A DNA stretch of 64,000 bases from Utricularia gibba (taxonomy: Eukaryota; Plantae; Magnoliophyta): the NCBI GenBank assembly GCA_002189035.1, contig NEEC01000009.1, positions 1,612,001-1,676,000 of the forward strand, given 5' to 3'. The translations under genes and the position numbers were made by a program. The notes under the pieces are model-generated. The model saw nothing but the letters and a program-made list of their open reading frames with translations, was not told the origin of the DNA and ran no database searches. Position 1 is the first letter of the stretch, and every line of letters begins with the position of its first letter. Below, piece after piece: positions 49,739 through 62,252 of the stretch.

Positions 49739-52394
49739 ATGGATCGAGGCGCGATGAGTATGGGTCCGACGATGGATTTGCCGATCATGCACGATAGTGA
49801 TCGATACGACTTCGTTCGGGATATCGGGTCTGGGAATTTCGGCGTGGCCCGGTTGATGAGGGATAAGCAGACGAGGGAGCTTGTTGCGGTGAAGTATATC
49901 GAGCGAGGCGACAAGGTTAGTTGGATTTCTTGTGTGTGATACTTTCAGTTCCGTATTAATTGCCTTCTTGCCCTTTTATGCGACAATGATTCCCCTTTCG
50001 GTGATCTGGTCTGTCCTGTAACGCGTTCGTGTCTGCGCAAAAATGGAATGTTTGCTTTGGAACTTCTTTCGGGTTCTTTGTTGCTGCAGTTTGGTTTTAA
50101 TATTAATATTCCCAATTTCTTTATGGGTTTTCCAGATTGATGCTTTCGAAAATACCAAGTGTACAGCTGCTAAAAATGGCAACAGTTTGTATCGTATATT
50201 TCGATTTTTATCATTCTCTCTGGAAGTAGCCTTGAGATCGCTGCTGTTTAGTGCTTTCTCGGTTCCAATCGAACGGATTGAGATTTTTGTTTTCAATTTA
50301 TTTTGTGGCTAAAAGGAGAATTCTTGAAGTGCGGCGCGATTGTTCATTTTGGATGATGAATCTTCATGTGTTCATTCTTTGCTTCTATTTCTTTTTGGGT
50401 TTTGTCTGCTGGGTTCACCAAGAACATTTCTAGGAAATACTTAAGAATCTCCAAGTGAATAATTTGATTTACCAACGGGTTGATGAGAATGTCACCTCCT
50501 TATCTTCCATTTTGTGACAGATAGATGAAAATGTTCAAAGAGAAATCATCAACCACCGGTCTCTGAGGCACCCCAACATCGTCAGATTTAAGGAGGTTTG
50601 CTCTCTTTGCTCGCCGTGTTTTTTTTTTTTTTCCGTCCGTTGGTAGTTAAACAAGGATGCTGGGCTATGTCTACATCAGGGTTTGGCCTTAAGCTACTTT
50701 AGGGACCAGCCGTAGGGATTCTACGATTATTTTTTTTTTCTAAAAAATAAATTATCTTAAAAAGTATGTCTATTATCTACGAAGTGTTCTGCTCTAGGTT
50801 ATTCTGACGCCTACTCATCTGGCAATTGTCATGGAATATGCATCTGGGGGTGAATTATTTGAGCGCATATGCAATGCAGGGCGTTTCAGTGAAGATGAGG
50901 TTTTTGAATCTTGATTCCATGAGTTTCAAAAGCTCACCTGTGACCATATGCTTATTTTGAGTTCTGTTTGGATGTTTTTGTTGCACAGGCACGCTTCTTT
51001 TTTCAACAACTTATATCTGGAGTCAGCTATTGCCATTCAATGGTATGATATTCAAGTGTTTTAGCATGCCTCGGAATTGATTTTTTGGAAGCTTTTAGCA
51101 TAATCTTTATTTTGTGTCAATAGAAATCTTAATTGATGTCCACGTGTTTTATATGAAGCAAATATGCCACCGAGACTTGAAACTGGAAAACACACTGCTG
51201 GATGGAAGCCCAGCTCCTCGGTTGAAGATATGCGATTTCGGATATTCTAAGGTGATTTGGCTTTCCTTAACTTGCATCATGAATCGTTGATTCCAACATC
51301 CGTGTTTTGATAATCTTAATAATATCTTGGTCAGTATGTTGTGTACTCTGTTTATTTCACTCTGTTTCCTCATCTGTAACTCAATATCATTTTCGTTTGG
51401 CAGTCATCATTGCTGCACTCTCAACCAAAATCTACTGTGGGAACGCCTGCCTATATTGCTCCTGAGGTGCTACTCAGGAAGGAATATGATGGGAAGGTAA
51501 TATGATGTCTGGCTTTTGAGCTACAAAAAAAGGGCTGGGTTATATCTGAGGTTCTTGTAGTGACTACTTGGATATTCTTGTCCCATCACATTTTCTTCTG
51601 AAACTTAGATGCCAACCGAGGAAATGTTTTCTCACCCCCCATGTTCTGCCGTGGTCCCATTTAACTTTAGCTTGATGGTTTGCATGATTAGGATTTACTT
51701 TTCTTCAGGTTGCCGATGTGTGGTCTTGTGGAGTGACGTTATATGTCATGTTGGTTGGTGCCTATCCATTTGAAGACCCAGAAGAACCAAGGGACTTTCG
51801 AAAAACCATTCAGAGGATCTTAAGTGTTCAATACTCTGTTCCAGAAAACATTAAAATATCAGAGGAATGTCGCCATATAATTTCAAGGATATTTGTGGCA
51901 GACCCCGGACAAGTAAGTGAAGCTAATCCTTTTCTTTTTCTTTGAACTTTCTATTATTCTTCTGCCATGTGGATCTCTTCTTTCTGACTTTGCGTCCTGG
52001 GAACCATTCCATCTGTCCTGAAGGCCTCTACCTTACCTTTGCCACAATGATGTAGATGAAGCTTTAGAAGCCTATTATATTGCATCTGGATTCTCACCCT
52101 CGAAACCATTTGTTCCTTCAGCGGATTACAATACCCGAAATCAAGAACAACAACTGGTTCCTGAAGAACCTCCCCGCGGATCTAATGGATGAAGGAATGG
52201 GAAGCAACCAGTTCGAAGAACCAGACCAGCCACTCCAGAGCCTTGAAGCGATCATGCAGATCCTGTCAGAGGCCACGATCCCCCCTGTGGGGTTGTGTAA
52301 CCTGGACATGATGGATGATGACGACATGGAAGACTTCGATTCTGATCCAGACCTTGATGTGGATAGCAGCGGGGAGATTATTTTCGCCATGTGA
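49739..52394 (+). CDS. SnRK2: SNF1-related kinase 2, subclass III (ABA-activated, SRK2D/E/I-like); 8 coding exons
   Basis: Exons are 49739-49915, 50521-50595, 50798-50899, 50989-51042, 51159-51251, 51404-51496, 51709-51912 and 52122-52394. Motifs are [45 protein letters not shown] and an acidic ABA box ending [14 protein letters not shown]. Confidence 0.97.
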
Positions 52395-52931
52395 TGATGG
52401 AGGTAGATAGGAGCTGTTGTTTCATGACATCACCAAATTTTGTTTCTTGGCAATGGAACGATTCAAAGGCAAGCCCTCAGACCAACCGCATCTAAAGAAG
52501 AGACAGCAGCAGCTGCAGCAGCTTGTTTGCAGTTGCATTACACGGTGTTGTTTATGTATCCACTGTCAGTTGTTGCTCGCATTATGGAGAGTCAACTTCA
52601 GTGTTGCTCCTTCGCATTAGGATCTCTAAGAATAGCTTTGCATTGAAGGAAGTGTGTTGTAAGGGACGGCTCCATTTCTGTGGTTTGTAGTGTTCCTCCT
52701 TTGCACCTTGAATGTGCAATGCTCCTGTACACATTAAGTATTCAACTGCTTATTACAAAAACTTGATGTTTTTTTTTTTAAAGAAACGCACGTTCCTGTC
52801 TCTCGAGGAGTTAAACATTTGTGAAACATGCTCCGGAGCAAGAGTCTAGAAGAAGTTTGATCGGGTTCCGACGTTCTCTGCTTCTCCTTGGAGTTTGTTT
52901 GCCCTACGGCATTGCGCGACCGGCGTTCGGG

Positions 52932-54186
52932 ATGGATTGCGAGGTCTGCCAGCTCAAGGAACTCGTAAGTTCTGATTGCTGTTGAAGTTACAAGCTTCGT
53001 GAGTTCGTCTGTGCTGACTTCTGTGACTTTTTCTTTTGGGTATCTGGAGTAGGAGGTTGAGAACTTCGAGATTCGAGAAGTTCTATGTAAGCTGCAATCT
53101 TGCTTCACTTACTAGTATCAATTTGTGGGATTCGTGTATTGAGAATGGTGAATGTTTAGTCGTTATCCTGATGTTGATTTTGATTCTACTTAGGTAGCCT
53201 TGTGGAAATTAGGATTGGTAATGGGAGGTTGATGGGTTTGAATTTCTGTGGCGCTCTGTCTTTTGGCATTATATTTCTTCTTGATTCTTTGTGATGTAAT
53301 TAGGTCAGGGGGCATTCTACACACCATTGTTTTCCACAGAGCATTAGGACTAGTCCGCCCCAGGGATGTTGATTTGTAGCCTTTTGAGATTGCGCACGTG
53401 AGTGATTCTCAACTCCTGGAAGATAATGTTGGTTGTTTTGCTCTCTCAATCCTTCTCGGATTTTCCCCAACGAGCACCACGAGTGTCTGCTCTTCATATT
53501 TTTAAAGCTATTCACACACTTGCAATAGATGAAAAACAGCCTAACAAGATGAATCAGGTCAGTTGATGCATTCTCAGGTCATGCTAATATGTTAGTGTCT
53601 AGAGGGTTGCCATTATGCCGCGTGACATGGCGCTTTGCTGTGATTTTAGCTGAAAATCTGTGATGGAATTCTTTCAATCTAGATATCCTTATTCTTCTAT
53701 GAAGTCAGAAATAATCAAACCACATGGTTTTCTAATAAGATTGAGCGTCTTTACTGGGAACACTGGTACATAAATCTGAATGTCGTCCGTCCTCCTCCAA
53801 AACAGCTTCCTTGATCCCAGAGATAGTTTCGATTTCAGTTGCCAGGTTGTGATTTCATGGAATGCATCTCACGGATACAACAGCTAAGGCAAGGACTGTT
53901 CGATGTACAACATTAGAAAGCTCACTCAGAGAAGTGATGTTTCAGATAGTCAGATTTGTGAATGAGAAGAAGGATCATACTTCACCCGTACCCGACCTAG
54001 AAGGTGTCTCATTTCCCTACAAAATCACCATTTCGCCACAATTGTTTTCCTGACGTTCATGCTCATTTTATTGAAACGCCTTATGGAATTTGGAGAGATC
54101 TTGGTCACTGCAGTTCGTTGGAGTCTCCATTTGGAATGGATATGCTGAAGAGGATGCTTCAAACAGGGCAAAGAACAAAAAAATGA
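52932..54186 (+). pseudogene. ATG101: Unprocessed ATG101 (autophagy-related 101) pseudogene
   Basis: The exons give MDCEVCQLKEL/EVENFEIREVL/WGILHTIVFHRALGLVRPRDVDL* with an in-frame TAG at 53377-53379. Exon 4 is reduced to IDEKQPNKMNQ. The next exon (FYEVRNNQTTWFSNKIERLYWEHWYINLNV) ends in TGA. LESSLREVMFQIVRFVNEKKDH and FGMDMLKRMLQTG remain, with a missing donor between them. Confidence 0.88.
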
Positions 54187-54564
54187 CTTGTAGTAAGTAA
54201 TATTTTTGAATTATGTTCAGTAAAGTTTTAGGTTGTGCTTTATATTATTAGTTGTTTATATTTCTTTAGATAAGAAACTACTAATTTTATTTGACGGTTG
54301 ATCCAGATAATGAGCCAGCGGTTAGAGAAGAGCAACCGCAAAAAAATGGCTGCCTGTAAAATCTAACCCTGAAATAAGAATGCATTCACTATAAAAACAA
54401 ACGGAAACATCACAACACATCAAGAAGAAGGGAGAATAAACCTTGGCAAAGGGATTTGCCAGATTCTGAGGTACTTCTCTCTAGCTTTTCATCCATTACA
54501 TTCATCCAAATGTCTGATATTTCATCCAGTTTCCACCTAACACAGGGATAATCTTCTCTAAGTC

Positions 54565-56546
54565 ATGGCATGTCACTGGTTCATGCTACTCTTGTGCTCT
54601 CTGCTTGCTTCAATCCCCCACGTCCGTAGTATCGAGAACGTAACAATAACTCATGTCAAGGGTGCAACCAAAAAAGGAGCCGGTACCTTCAGACACTTTG
54701 ATCATTGTTGAACAATCATGTCATGAATCGCTGATAGGTGTTTTGTTGTTGACATTTAGTTTGCTTGGACGGTAGCCCTGCAGCCTACTACTTGAAACCA
54801 GGGTATGGAAATGGAGCCAAGAACTGGATAGTTTTCTTAGAGGTATGATTGCACTCCGAAAATCCTTCCCATTTTTTAAATCAGTGTCTCATGAAAGGAT
54901 AGCATAGGGTGAAGGTGATACCGTAAAATTTAGTCAAGTCTTTTATAATTATGTAATCCTGAAAAATGATTGAATTCAGGGTGGCGCGTGGTGTGCCACT
55001 GACGGCGGTTGTACCCACAGACGAGGCATAGCATTGGGAAGCAGTGTCATCCAAGGGCGTGAGCGACAGAGTTTCGGGGAGATCTTGGATAACGTTCGCC
55101 AGTACAATCCATGTAATAGCTACTTGTCCTAATTCATGTGGCCTACCTGTCGGAACTAACAAAATTCAGCGTCGCTTTCCTGTAGATTTCTATAACTGGA
55201 GCAAGGCTTATGTTGTGTACTGCGACGGCGGCTCCTTCACCGGAGCCGTCCAAGAAGTTGATCCGGTCAGTTTTCTTTTCTCTTTTTTTCCCCTCATGAT
55301 TATTCCGTACATGAAACACGTTTGAATCAGCACGACATTTGTGATCCCCAGAAAACCAATCTCACGATCAGGGGTTCGAGGATATTCGATGCAGTGATGC
55401 GGGAGTTGCTGGCCAAGGGAATGAAACATGCCAAAAACGTACGTGGCCGCCCGCTTTCCCTGCTACTTTGCATGCATGAACTTATTCATCCTCGAACACG
55501 CAGGCTGCACTCACAGGTTCCTCCGCCGGCGGCCTCTCGACGTACCTGCACTGTGATGCATTCCGGCGTCTGCTCCCAAACACTAAAAGAGTCAAGTGCA
55601 TTGCCGATGCCGGAGTCTTCTTCTACGGGTAATGCCCACAACCTGTTTTCTTCCAGAAAGAGTTAGTTATAAAAACCCAAAAAAAAAAGCATGCTTTTGC
55701 AACAGGAAGGATCTCCTAGGAGCCGATTTAAGGAAGAATTACACCGCACAGATGTTTGAGTATCATGTAATCTCTAACCCCTCTTTATCTCCATGAACGT
55801 AACCAGCAACATTGATGTGTTCTCGTATCCAGAACATGTCGGGTTTCTTACCAAAAGCCTGCGCTTCCCGAATGGCACCGGAGATGGTAAGAATTCATTT
55901 TTCGTTTTCTTTTTCTTTCAATGAATAACAATCAATCCCTTCTTCAGTGTCTTTTCCCTGAGAACTTCATCAACGACATCAAAACCCCGATCTTCATAGT
56001 GGAGTCAGCTTTCGATTGGTATCAGGTGAGAGAGAGGTTTATTCCTGCGGATCAGAAGCCCATATGGGGCGTCAATGGCACGAACTGCCTTTACAATGTA
56101 ACGAACTGCTCCGATTGGCAACTGGATATGCTCCAGGGTATGGCGCATCCTAAACCCAATCTAACCTCCTCGCTAACCACGGACTAAGCTGTCTTAAGTT
56201 GTTGCTTTAGATTTCCGACGGGCGATGGTCGGGACTCTGGAGAAGCTGAGCATGCCGCCTTCCCGGGGACTGTTCGTTCACAATTGCCTGCATCACACCA
56301 ACATCATTTTCAGCACGCACATGTGGAGGTGCAACCACGTCTCCGGGTCCAAGGTAATAGAACAAAAAGAACTGCTCCTTGGTGATGTGTACTGATCCCT
56401 TGGTTATGGCGGTGCAGACGCTTGCGGAGATGATCGGAGAATGGTATTATGATCGGAGTACGACGCAGTGGATCATGCCGCAAGGGAACCCTCGTAATTG
56501 CAGCGTGACGGCAGAACAGATGGAGAAGTGTGTGATTCGCAAGTAG
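54565..56546 (+). CDS. PAE: Secreted pectin acetylesterase (divergent); 11 exons
   Basis: It has a signal peptide ([22 protein letters not shown]) and the motifs [37 protein letters not shown], nucleophile [28 protein letters not shown] and IGEWYYDR. All exons join in frame. Confidence 0.88.
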
Positions 56547-56766
56547 GGTTTCTGTTCTGCACATCCCTTTGCTGTACAATTCCTTCCTTCTTCATATTGA
56601 ATAAATCTGACAAAAAACAATAATGTTTATTTGTTCATCTCCAAGGGGGTAAAAATCTTCCTTTTCGCATATAAATAGAACTCGAATTGGAAGAACCTAA
56701 TCCCTAAAACGCCTAATTTGATTTCCGTCTGGCTTGGAGTTCTGCAAACGAACTTTGTGGACGGCT

Positions 56767-58814
56767 ATGGTGAGATGCCCATTATCGGTTCCTCAATTAA
56801 GGTAATGGGTTCCTTTCCTGGTTGGAATACTTCAATTCGAGGTGTTGGGCTGTGTGTACCTTGAACGAATTGGGAGCAGAAGAAGTAATTTTGATTGATA
56901 CTTTGCTGCTCGAAATCGTGAGAGTTTCCTTGCATTATGTTCTCACACGGTGTGCATTTCTGCTACTGTTTGTGATTAGAAATCTGTTTCTTATCATGAA
57001 TGGTCGACTTCATCCTCTGATCGTATGTTGACAAGCGGCTTTCCAGCTTTTCATCCGTTTTTCTCTTCTCATTTCATCCCACGTTGTAGAGTGGCATGTT
57101 GTAGCAAGATGGCTCAGAAACCAGATCCGATTTGTCGAAAGTTCATCCCGATACCGCATAGCGGCCTCCCCTCATACAGTGAATCTGATGGTTTATACTT
57201 GAAATTTATCATCCATTTTGACCTTACCTTTCAAAATCTGCTAGTCTCTGTTTTGTATTTCTCATTTTAATAATGACTTGGTGTTGCCTTATTGTTCCTG
57301 TTTTACAGACTACAGATTCAGGCTTATTTCTTATAATATTTTGGCTCAGGTAGCTTTCCAATCCTTTGTTTTTCCTTTATCAAACCCTTTTCTGTTTGTG
57401 TTCCTAAACCCACCATTTGCAGGCATATGTGAAAAGTAGTTACTTCCCACACTCACCAGCTCCATGTCTCAAGTAAGTGGGTAAATCTTCACCACTAAAC
57501 AGGATCCCATATCATTGCCTGTTCAAGAAACCTGTACGTCCTGGTTCTTATATAGCATGCTCTGATAAAAAAAATTCTATGTTTTTATGCAGGTGGAAAG
57601 CTCGCTCCCAGGCCATCTTAACTGTTCTTAAAAGCTTTGAAGCTGATTTTCTTTGTCTGCAGGTGCCATTCGCCTCTTTTCTCTCTTTTTTAGTCGGTGG
57701 TATCCTTTTAACTATTGGGGTTACACCATTTCTTCAGCCTTATCACTACTTCTGTGTAGGAAGTAGATGAATATGATACTTTCTATAAGAAAGAAATCGA
57801 AAATCTTGGCTATGCCGGCATGTACGTCCAACGCAGTGGCAGGAAACGCGATGGGTGTGGCATTTTTTATAAGCTAAACCGGTATCCTCTTCCTCCCTTT
57901 CTTGAATAGACGTGTAGTGAAATCAGCATTTCCTAGTTCTGATCTCACTTGTGTCTTCTATTCTCTAATTAGCGCAGAATTGGTCCTTGAAGAGAAAATA
58001 GACTACAATGATTTGGCAGAGTCAGTTGAAGATGGAGAATTTTCTGCCAATAAGGAAGTTGACAACTCATCAGGTATTCTTGGAGGTCCAAATGATATCC
58101 GTATAAGATTGAAGCGCGACTGTGTTGGCGTCATGGCCCTCTTCAAACTCAAGAATTCTTCGTGTCAGCACATTATCATCTCAAACACTCATCTCTACTG
58201 GTATTCCTTCCTCCCCTTTCTTGCTCCTCAGGTAAAAAAAGATACAGCAGGGGACTTTATCGCTGGTTTGTTTTGAATGGTGATCAGGGACCCAGAGTGG
58301 GCAGATGTGAAGATTGCGCAAGCTACATACTTGCTCTCACGTCTGGCTGCTTTCAGAAAGTTAGTTTCCGGCAAACCCAATTGCGTACCTCCGATCATTC
58401 TCGCCGGCGACTTTAACTCCGTTCCCGGTGACCCGGTAATGCTCGTTTCTTAGATTAAGAATCAGACAGGTTAATAATTGTTCAGAATATAATTAATAGG
58501 TTTCAAATCCCCAGGTGTACAGACTGCTCACCTCGGGTGCAGATGATCAGGAGTCGGACGATCAACGTCTTGTGTTATCGAGTGTCTACGCTTGCACAAA
58601 AGGAGAACCAGAGTTCACAAACTGCACCCCAGGTTTTACTGGCACCCTTGACTACATCTTGTTTTCCGACAATGGAGATATAAAGCCGGTCAGCTGTCTC
58701 GAGCTGCCGGTGGCGGAATCCGACGATGTTACCGGTGGGTTGCCGAATTACTTTCATCCGAGCGATCATCTTCCCATTGGAGCTGAGTTCGCCGTCCACA
58801 TTCCAGAGATGTAA
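56767..58814 (+). CDS. CCR4-like (carbon catabolite repressor 4 homolog 4) EEP-family deadenylase/phosphatase; multi-exon
   Basis: It begins MVRCPLSVPQLR/VACCSKMAQKPDP and continues with SYNILAQ, WKARSQAIL, DFLCLQEVDE, KRDGCGIFYK, RLKRDCVG, SNTHLYWDP, ILAGDFNS, GTLDYILFS and PSDHLPIGAEF. Confidence 0.9.
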
Positions 58815-59289
58815 AGTCACGCGCCGTGTCATACTGAAAAAAATTATTTTTATTTTACTCCAGAACAATTTTGTTTTCTCTCTCAAAAAAAAAAAAAAGA
58901 TAAAACCCATCCAAATTCAATCCCCGGAATTTGGAGCAAGGAATGATTAGCAATTCTCCGGCGAGTCGGACGTAGTTCTGGATGATCATCATTTTAAATG
59001 ATTCAAATCATTTACAAATTTTAGGCAATCCCACAATGAAGGTTGAAATAAGGGTAAAAAAATAATAATAACAGAGTTGTGTCTTTGAATAATGGAGAAA
59101 ACATAGAATCGTGCAGAAGAACAGAACTCTTGGTATGCAATAGGCGCAAGCATGGGCAACAAACGGTGAAAAAGGCATTAGAATCAAAAGCCTCGACTTG
59201 GAATACCTGCGCTACAAGGGCAATTCCAGTTAGCACCACCGGAGACTATGAAGCATCAACGCGATTAGCAATGGTGAGATGGAAGACGA

Positions 59290-61523
59290 CTAGCGACGCC
59301 CTGTGCGGGATTTGGCCCTTGCTTTCTGAAAACATTGAAGAGATGAAATTATGAGCAGTTCTTGAACATGATTCGATATTTCCTAATCTGAGTGTTGTAA
59401 GTTAAACATGGAATTAAGACAAGAGTCCTAAACAGATGGTGGAGTTTCAACCCAAAGCCTAGCACAACCAAATAAACATTACTTGGAAGAAATATGTGCA
59501 TTTATTGATTGAACTGAAATAGGAGGAGGCAAAACTACTCACGGATGCAGTATTGAAGCTTGATCCCGATCCAGTTGCAGCTCCTACTCGCAAAATAGAG
59601 AAAACTCCATCAGAAATTAAGAAAAAGGCTATAATACTGATACAAAGCAATTAATATATGCAGTTTCATCAAGATGGAATACTGTTTTTTACAACAAAAA
59701 AAAAAGTCTGTGTGTAGCTTCAGATAAGACACAAATAAAATACGTTCATCTTTACAATGCAACATACATTTAAGGATTACTAGAAATGGCTAACCTGTTG
59801 CAAAGGGCGTTGCAAATGTTGAAACTCCAGAAGAAGGGGTTGACATGAACAAGGGTGCGGAGCTGCCGAAGGGGGTGCTGATATGTTACTAAAAAGCGAT
59901 GTCTGGGAGGACACAGCTCCAGATGAGGAAGCAAATGGAGTAGATGTTACTGGGGTGGAGAAGAGAGATGGGGTGGATGGGGCCATGACAGGAGTTGAAA
60001 AAAGTGAGGATCCACTTGCAGCTGAAGCTGATTGAACAGCATGCACGCTTGCTGCAGTCGATGGTCCAGATGCTGACGTGATGGCTAGTTGTCCAGCAGG
60101 TTGACCCATTGGTTGCGATACTACAGGTAAATGTAATGTTGGGTGAATCCTTCGAGCTGCAGCCTCCTGTTTGGCAGTCTCCCGCCGCTCAGCTTCAAGA
60201 AACGGGTTACTTCCATCCCCTCGCCGGCGCTGGTCATCCAGGTAGGCTGTCTTCATAGATTCAATGTACTGGTGAATGCTTTCAACCTACAAATGCCAAA
60301 CCATAAATCACAGGAACAACAGTAGAAAAGGCATCAGAAACTCAAGCAGCCGCAGCTTGAAGTCTTATGCTGGAAATGAAGGAACGATGATGAGGCATTC
60401 CACGACACAAAGTAGAGAGGAATTCAAGTTCAGTACCTTTGCAGCAACATGCACAAAAAATTCATGAACGTTTGTCATGACTTTTGGCAGAGATTGCAGG
60501 AGTGAGGAACTACCACCATTGGAGTTCCCATTCTCTAAAAGCAATAACTGCTCCAGCTCCTCGATCCACTGACGACACTCTGCCAGATACTTATCGAATC
60601 GGGAAACAGTTTGCTGCAAAAATGGAGATGGTTTCTTGGGCAGTCCACTGTAGAAATCAATTATTGGTATCATTGCGCTTGTCGTAGGTGAACCACTAGA
60701 TGGTTTAGGAATAGCTACTCCTGATGATTGGGATGTTCCAGTTGTAGCAGTAGCAGCTGTCTTACTTTGGTGACTAAAACGTGGTCGCAACATCATAAAA
60801 GACCGAACAGCTACCTCCGCATGTCGTAACATATCTTTAATAGCAGACATAAGCTCCTTCAAAGTCACTTTTTGCCTCTCCATAGCAATACTATTTCCAC
60901 CGAGTTCCTGAGATAGTTTACTTTCAAAACCTCGATAACTAGGAAATCCTCATTTACAAAGAACACTATTCCAGAAAAAAATTAATTAACTCCAAAAAAA
61001 AGAAACAAGTATATGTTATACCAACCACTTTGGACAAGAAAAAAGGCGAAAGATTTCCAAAAAAAATGAACCCCAATATGAACCTGAGCCATTGAGCTAG
61101 CAGCGGCCTCGAATGCGTTGTTAGGAATGGGAGAATCATAAAGCCTGCTGCATTGATCCAATCGCTGGCTCTCATCTCTGTATTCTAATATTCTTTCCCT
61201 GAGACCATCCATTTAAGACTCAATTCAACCCTTTGAACTCAAAGGAAACAACTAAGAAAGTAATATCGCAAAAATAATTACTCAATTTGAAGCAGAAATT
61301 TCTGGGAATCAGGATGAAGGTCGGCCCATTTGGTCCCATAAGTTGCAGGAGATCTATCAGCCGTGAAAAGAAAGAGTTTCTGTTGAGATTGAGATTGCTG
61401 CTGTGGAGGCTGCGGCTGCTGCAGTTGGAACTGAAAAGGGGACTGCTGCGGCTGCTGAAATGGAGTAGCTTGTTGAAACGAGGATTGGAATGTAGACTGC
61501 TGTGGTGTGAACGAGAATGACAT
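59290..61523 (-). CDS. NUP58: Nuclear pore complex protein NUP58; multi-exon; apparent 1-bp frameshift at 59871-59875
   Basis: It has a Q/F-rich N-terminus and the segments TKWADLHPDSQKFLLQIE/ERILEYRDESQRLDQCSRLYD, KDMLRHAEVAVRSFMMLRPRF, ECRQWIEELEQLL and AYLDDQRRRGDGSNPFLEAERRETAKQEAAARRIHPTLHLP. The last exons read GAATGSGSSFNTAS/KARAKSRTGRR*. Confidence 0.9.
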
Positions 61524-62252
61524 CCTCGCCGGTTACGCAAGCGTCTATGCCGAAAACATCAAACCGGAAACCATGAGAAAGAAAGGATCTTGGAAACCCC
61601 TTTTCACCTCTAAACCCTAAATCTTAACGGCGAGCAACAAAAATGGCGCCACTGGAAATTGGGAGCTTTTTATTTTCAGTGGAGTTTTTTTAAGAAAATT
61701 AAAAAAAAACTGTTATATAAAATTGTATTTTCTTTTTATTTTAGCTACTGGTATCTTGTGATTTTAGGGCTTCGAGCAATCCTGATCAAATTTGTCGTTC
61801 TTCTTCGTAATCATCTCACCGCTACTCAGCACCTACGTGAACATCACGTATTTTCTCCTCAGTTGACGCTGTAGATACGACGTCTTTGGTCTTACGTGTT
61901 CGGTTTTGGAAGGTACTCCTGGTTCCGTGGCGAATATCTGTTGTTGCTTAAATTTTGTCAATTGTCTTCTCATAGTTCTCAATTGAGTGCTACTGGTTGT
62001 CATGATTCTAGATTGGTTGCTGCTGTATGTACGTATGTATACCCTTCTGTGTCTGTTAACTCTTATGGGAAGTCTGTTGGCTCCGGGTGATGATTGTCTC
62101 CGTTCGACAGTTTGACGTTTGCTGATTTCCGACTAAGAATTAGCTGTCTTGAACCGCATACTAATTGGGTTGCTGTTTTTTATTTAAAAAAGAAGGTTAG
62201 GATTCAGGGGCAGAATTCAAAGTAAGCTTGGTGCTCATGTACGTATTGGAAG

